64,000 nucleotides of DNA. Origin: Antedon mediterranea (taxonomy: Eukaryota > Animalia > Echinodermata). The notes below the pieces were generated by a model. It was not told where the DNA came from. It saw nothing but the letters and a program-made list of their open reading frames with translations, and did no database searches. Position 1 is the first letter of the stretch, and every line of letters starts with the position of its first letter. Shown here piece after piece: positions 61,031 through 64,000 of this stretch. The translations under genes were made by a program, and so were the position numbers. The stretch spans positions 873,788 through 937,787 of the forward strand of contig NC_092676.1 of NCBI RefSeq assembly GCF_964355755.1. Reading direction: 5' to 3'.

Positions 61031-62624
61031 CCCTAGTATTTGTACAGTCACACAAACCCAGTAATTTTATTAAACGTAAGCCTATGTTCAGATGTTGCAA
61101 ACATCTTGATTTAGAATGAAAACTTGTTTTATCATAACAGTATTATTATACTGTCAGGGGGTAATGATGATTTGTTTTCAAAAAAACATTAAAGTGGCAA
61201 TAGGCCTACATCATTATGTTACATGAAAGCATGTTTCAATGTTTTGTAGAATGTTTCATGCCCAAGTTAGCCTATATATGTAGTAAGCCTATATAAAAAT
61301 GTAATAAACTAATAATTACTGACTAATATATGGATGATAATTATTAATGTACGATGGTGGTGTGAAAGTGACGATGATGATGGTTAAATATATTTTCCGT
61401 ATTGTCTACATATATAACAATCACAGCACACGTTTTGATTTTGTGGAATCGAATTACTGCCAGGTGCCTGATAACATTAATCTAGTCTAGATTAGCCTAC
61501 CGTATGAGACGATAAACAACAGGTGCCTCTCTTTAAGTACATTGCGATTTACCCTCTCTAAAATATTGATTATATATTATTTAATAAAAATTAATACCAT
61601 ATTTAAAATTTCATATAAAGGCGATTTAGAGTTTATATTTTAGACCCTATTCTGCACCATGACAATTACTAAATATAATGCTACTACTGCAGGATGGTTT
61701 GTCTGTTTGTCTGTCTGTCTGCCTGTCTGAATGAGCACAGGCTACACTTATTGTAATTATGGCGTGCCTATCAAATTCCTGAACTTATGTTTTTGATCCA
61801 AAATGACCAGGTAAAAATGTGCAGCATATTGAGAGCTTTTTTTTCATCTTTTGTGGCGTAAACACAACTTTTATTCACATTCATATTATCATGAGAACTT
61901 GATTATATACGCTATATAAGAATGAACTGTTCAAATATTATTATTTGACATGCTATTGCTAATTCAACTTATTTTATCATTAGCTATTATGCTATAATAT
62001 ATCGGCAAGATCACAGTTTGACTTCCTCACAATCGTGCGTGTCACATAAAATAATATACGATACATCATGGAGTTTACTCCATGGATACATCCATGCGCA
62101 CCTACCTCATTAATATTCATAAAGATCTTGCTTCGAAGCAGTTTAAGAGTATCCTGCATAAGTCAAGTCAATCATTGTGCAGGCATCACTCGGAGCGAAT
62201 ACAACTCAGTAAGTATCAAAGCTTAATTAATATACATACCGTAATTAGCGCTTGATTAATAGGCCTATTAGTAATAAAACATTACGTATTCCTTTATTCA
62301 ATTATGTATCAGTATGCTGAGTATCATGCCTCAAAAGAGATGGGCTTATTTTATAGAAATATAATCAGACAGTATAAAAGAATTGATAGAACTTGTCGCT
62401 TGAAATCTCAAAGAAATACAATATTTTATTATTTTTATATTATATTTTAAGGCGTTTTATGTAATCGTTTAACAAACTACATCATGCCACGCCTTAGTGT
62501 ATGTAATACATTACGCCTACGTATAGTGTCGCGTCGACAATCTAGTCAAATACCCGCATCAGACACCTTCTTACGTACGTATCTGGATTTTGTCCAGGGA
62601 CCAGAAATAAAGTACAGTACTTTT

Positions 62625-62806
62625 TAAAGGTACGTTCACACTGAGCCTGGATGAATGCAGACTGGACCCCGGTCCCGTTCACACTACATTATTCCGAAAT
62701 TGTGTATAAAAACGTATCTGTAGTGTATGATTAACAAAATGTAATTCAGCCCGGTGGTCTCCAGCCACCGGACCGAATCCAGGCTCAGAGTGTGAACGCA
62801 GACTAA
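62625..62806. mobile_element. Harbinger-type MITE family C
   Basis: TAA-AGGTACGTTCACACTGAGCCTGGAT...ATCCAGGCTCAGAGTGTGAACGCAGAC-TAA. Confidence 0.7.
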
Positions 62807-63162
62807 GAAATAAGAATCAGATTTTTATGAAATTTCATAATTATTATTATTATTATGTAAAAGAAATAACCTGTTTTAAAATGGAAAATCACCATCTGCT
62901 TATTAATTATTAAAATATTAATCGAAGCGTAGGACGAATAATGAGTGGGGGAAATTGAAAATTATATTTATATTTTGAACTGGCGTTTAAATTGAAACGA
63001 GCGATTGTCTCAGCCCATCAAATGAATTTTCTTTTTACTCCACCAAATATGGTGAATTCGTACGTATGTTAGATTTATTAGATGATATAATGTTTCTATT
63101 CTCAGTCTCTTTACGTCATCTACATACAACATTCCGTAGCAGCTCTCTTGAAGAAGGCAACA

Positions 63163-63249
63163 ATGTACATGCGCAATGTCCTCATCCTGTCGTCATTTAT
63201 GTTAGCAGTTTTTGCTATATTCGTAGTCAATGCACAGACAACATTGCAG
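63163..63249 (+). CDS. First coding exon (signal peptide) of a secreted or membrane protein continuing beyond the window
   Basis: Acceptor TTCTATTCTCAG at 63105, ATG 63163, MYMRNVLILSSFMLAVFAIFVVNA-QTTLQ, donor CAG|GTAGGC; candidate upstream non-coding exon ending at 62208 (GTAAGT). Confidence 0.6.
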
Positions 63250-63391
63250 GTAGGCATATATTGCAATGTTAGCATTGTGGTGTTTTTTTTAGGATTAGTC
63301 TTTATGACGAAAACACATTTGCAATACTCTATTTTAAAGTCAATACATTGTTATATAAAAAATATTATGATTCATGTAAAAATTAATAATT

Positions 63392-63429
63392 ACTAGATGG
63401 CACGCTCGCTTCGCTCGCGTACCATCTAG
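63392..63429. repeat. Short hairpin, possible end of a non-autonomous element
   Basis: CTAGATGG-CACGCTCGCTTCGCTCGCGTA-CCATCTAG inverted repeat. Confidence 0.35.
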
Positions 63430-64000
63430 GTCGTGCCCACAGATGGTTCTCGAATACACAGTATTTTCCAGCGAGAAAAAAATGGAGATTTCAAATAGTA
63501 CGTACTGCAGGACTATAATACATTGTCGTTTACAGAAACGAATAAATATACACGATGATTTATGTAGTCAGCTAAAATTAGCACCCTGGGAATTACTTCC
63601 GAGAGAGAAACAAAATGAGTCATTTTTTTTTATTTGGACTCATTTAAACAAACCAAATTTGTGTTTTGTATGTAACATTAAGGGTTGAGGGATGGGGGAA
63701 GAAGATAGGTACAAAGAGGAAACATTTTAAAATATATTCTTATCCACTCAGTAACGAAATATTGTTTTTAATGTTTTATAGGCCTATAAATAATATACCA
63801 CTAAATACAGTAAAACATTTACGATTTAATACTTTGTTAAAACTCTCACTGTCATAGTCGATTGAAATACTAAAGTACATGTAACGATACACCACTACGT
63901 ACGTTTATATATTTTTAAATTATTAATTAATACAAACGTTGAGAAGCAACTGTCAGTAATAACGTTTATTTATTTGTATATTATATGTTTATAATCTAAC

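Overview
AT-rich animal (metazoan) genomic DNA with GT-AG introns; the gene and repeat style suggests an invertebrate deuterostome such as an echinoderm, which is inference only. Genes: (1) two tandem paralogous single-coding-exon Ig-superfamily type I membrane genes (11886-15494 and 29217-30956, +; signal peptide, 3 Ig domains, mucin-like stalk, TM, short tail); (2) an unrecognised 4-exon gene (38432-41088, -) for a ~705 aa low-complexity, Gln-rich protein with three PAM2-like motifs; (3) TMEM39 (8 exons, -) head-to-head with (4) UBXN11 (11 coding exons, +); (5) a signal-peptide exon of a gene running off the right edge. Repeats: two CR1/L2-like LINE fragments, an RTE-like 3' end, several PIF/Harbinger-type MITE families, a TTAA-flanked piggyBac-like non-autonomous element, and mini/microsatellites. 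Most unusual: the last UBXN11 intron holds a nested structure. A small element with a 13-bp TSD and 26-bp inverted repeats carries a minimal hammerhead ribozyme motif. That motif is split in stem II by a LINE insertion (GATC duplication), and the LINE 3' region carries a second, intact minimal hammerhead motif. All family assignments were made by eye, without database searches.
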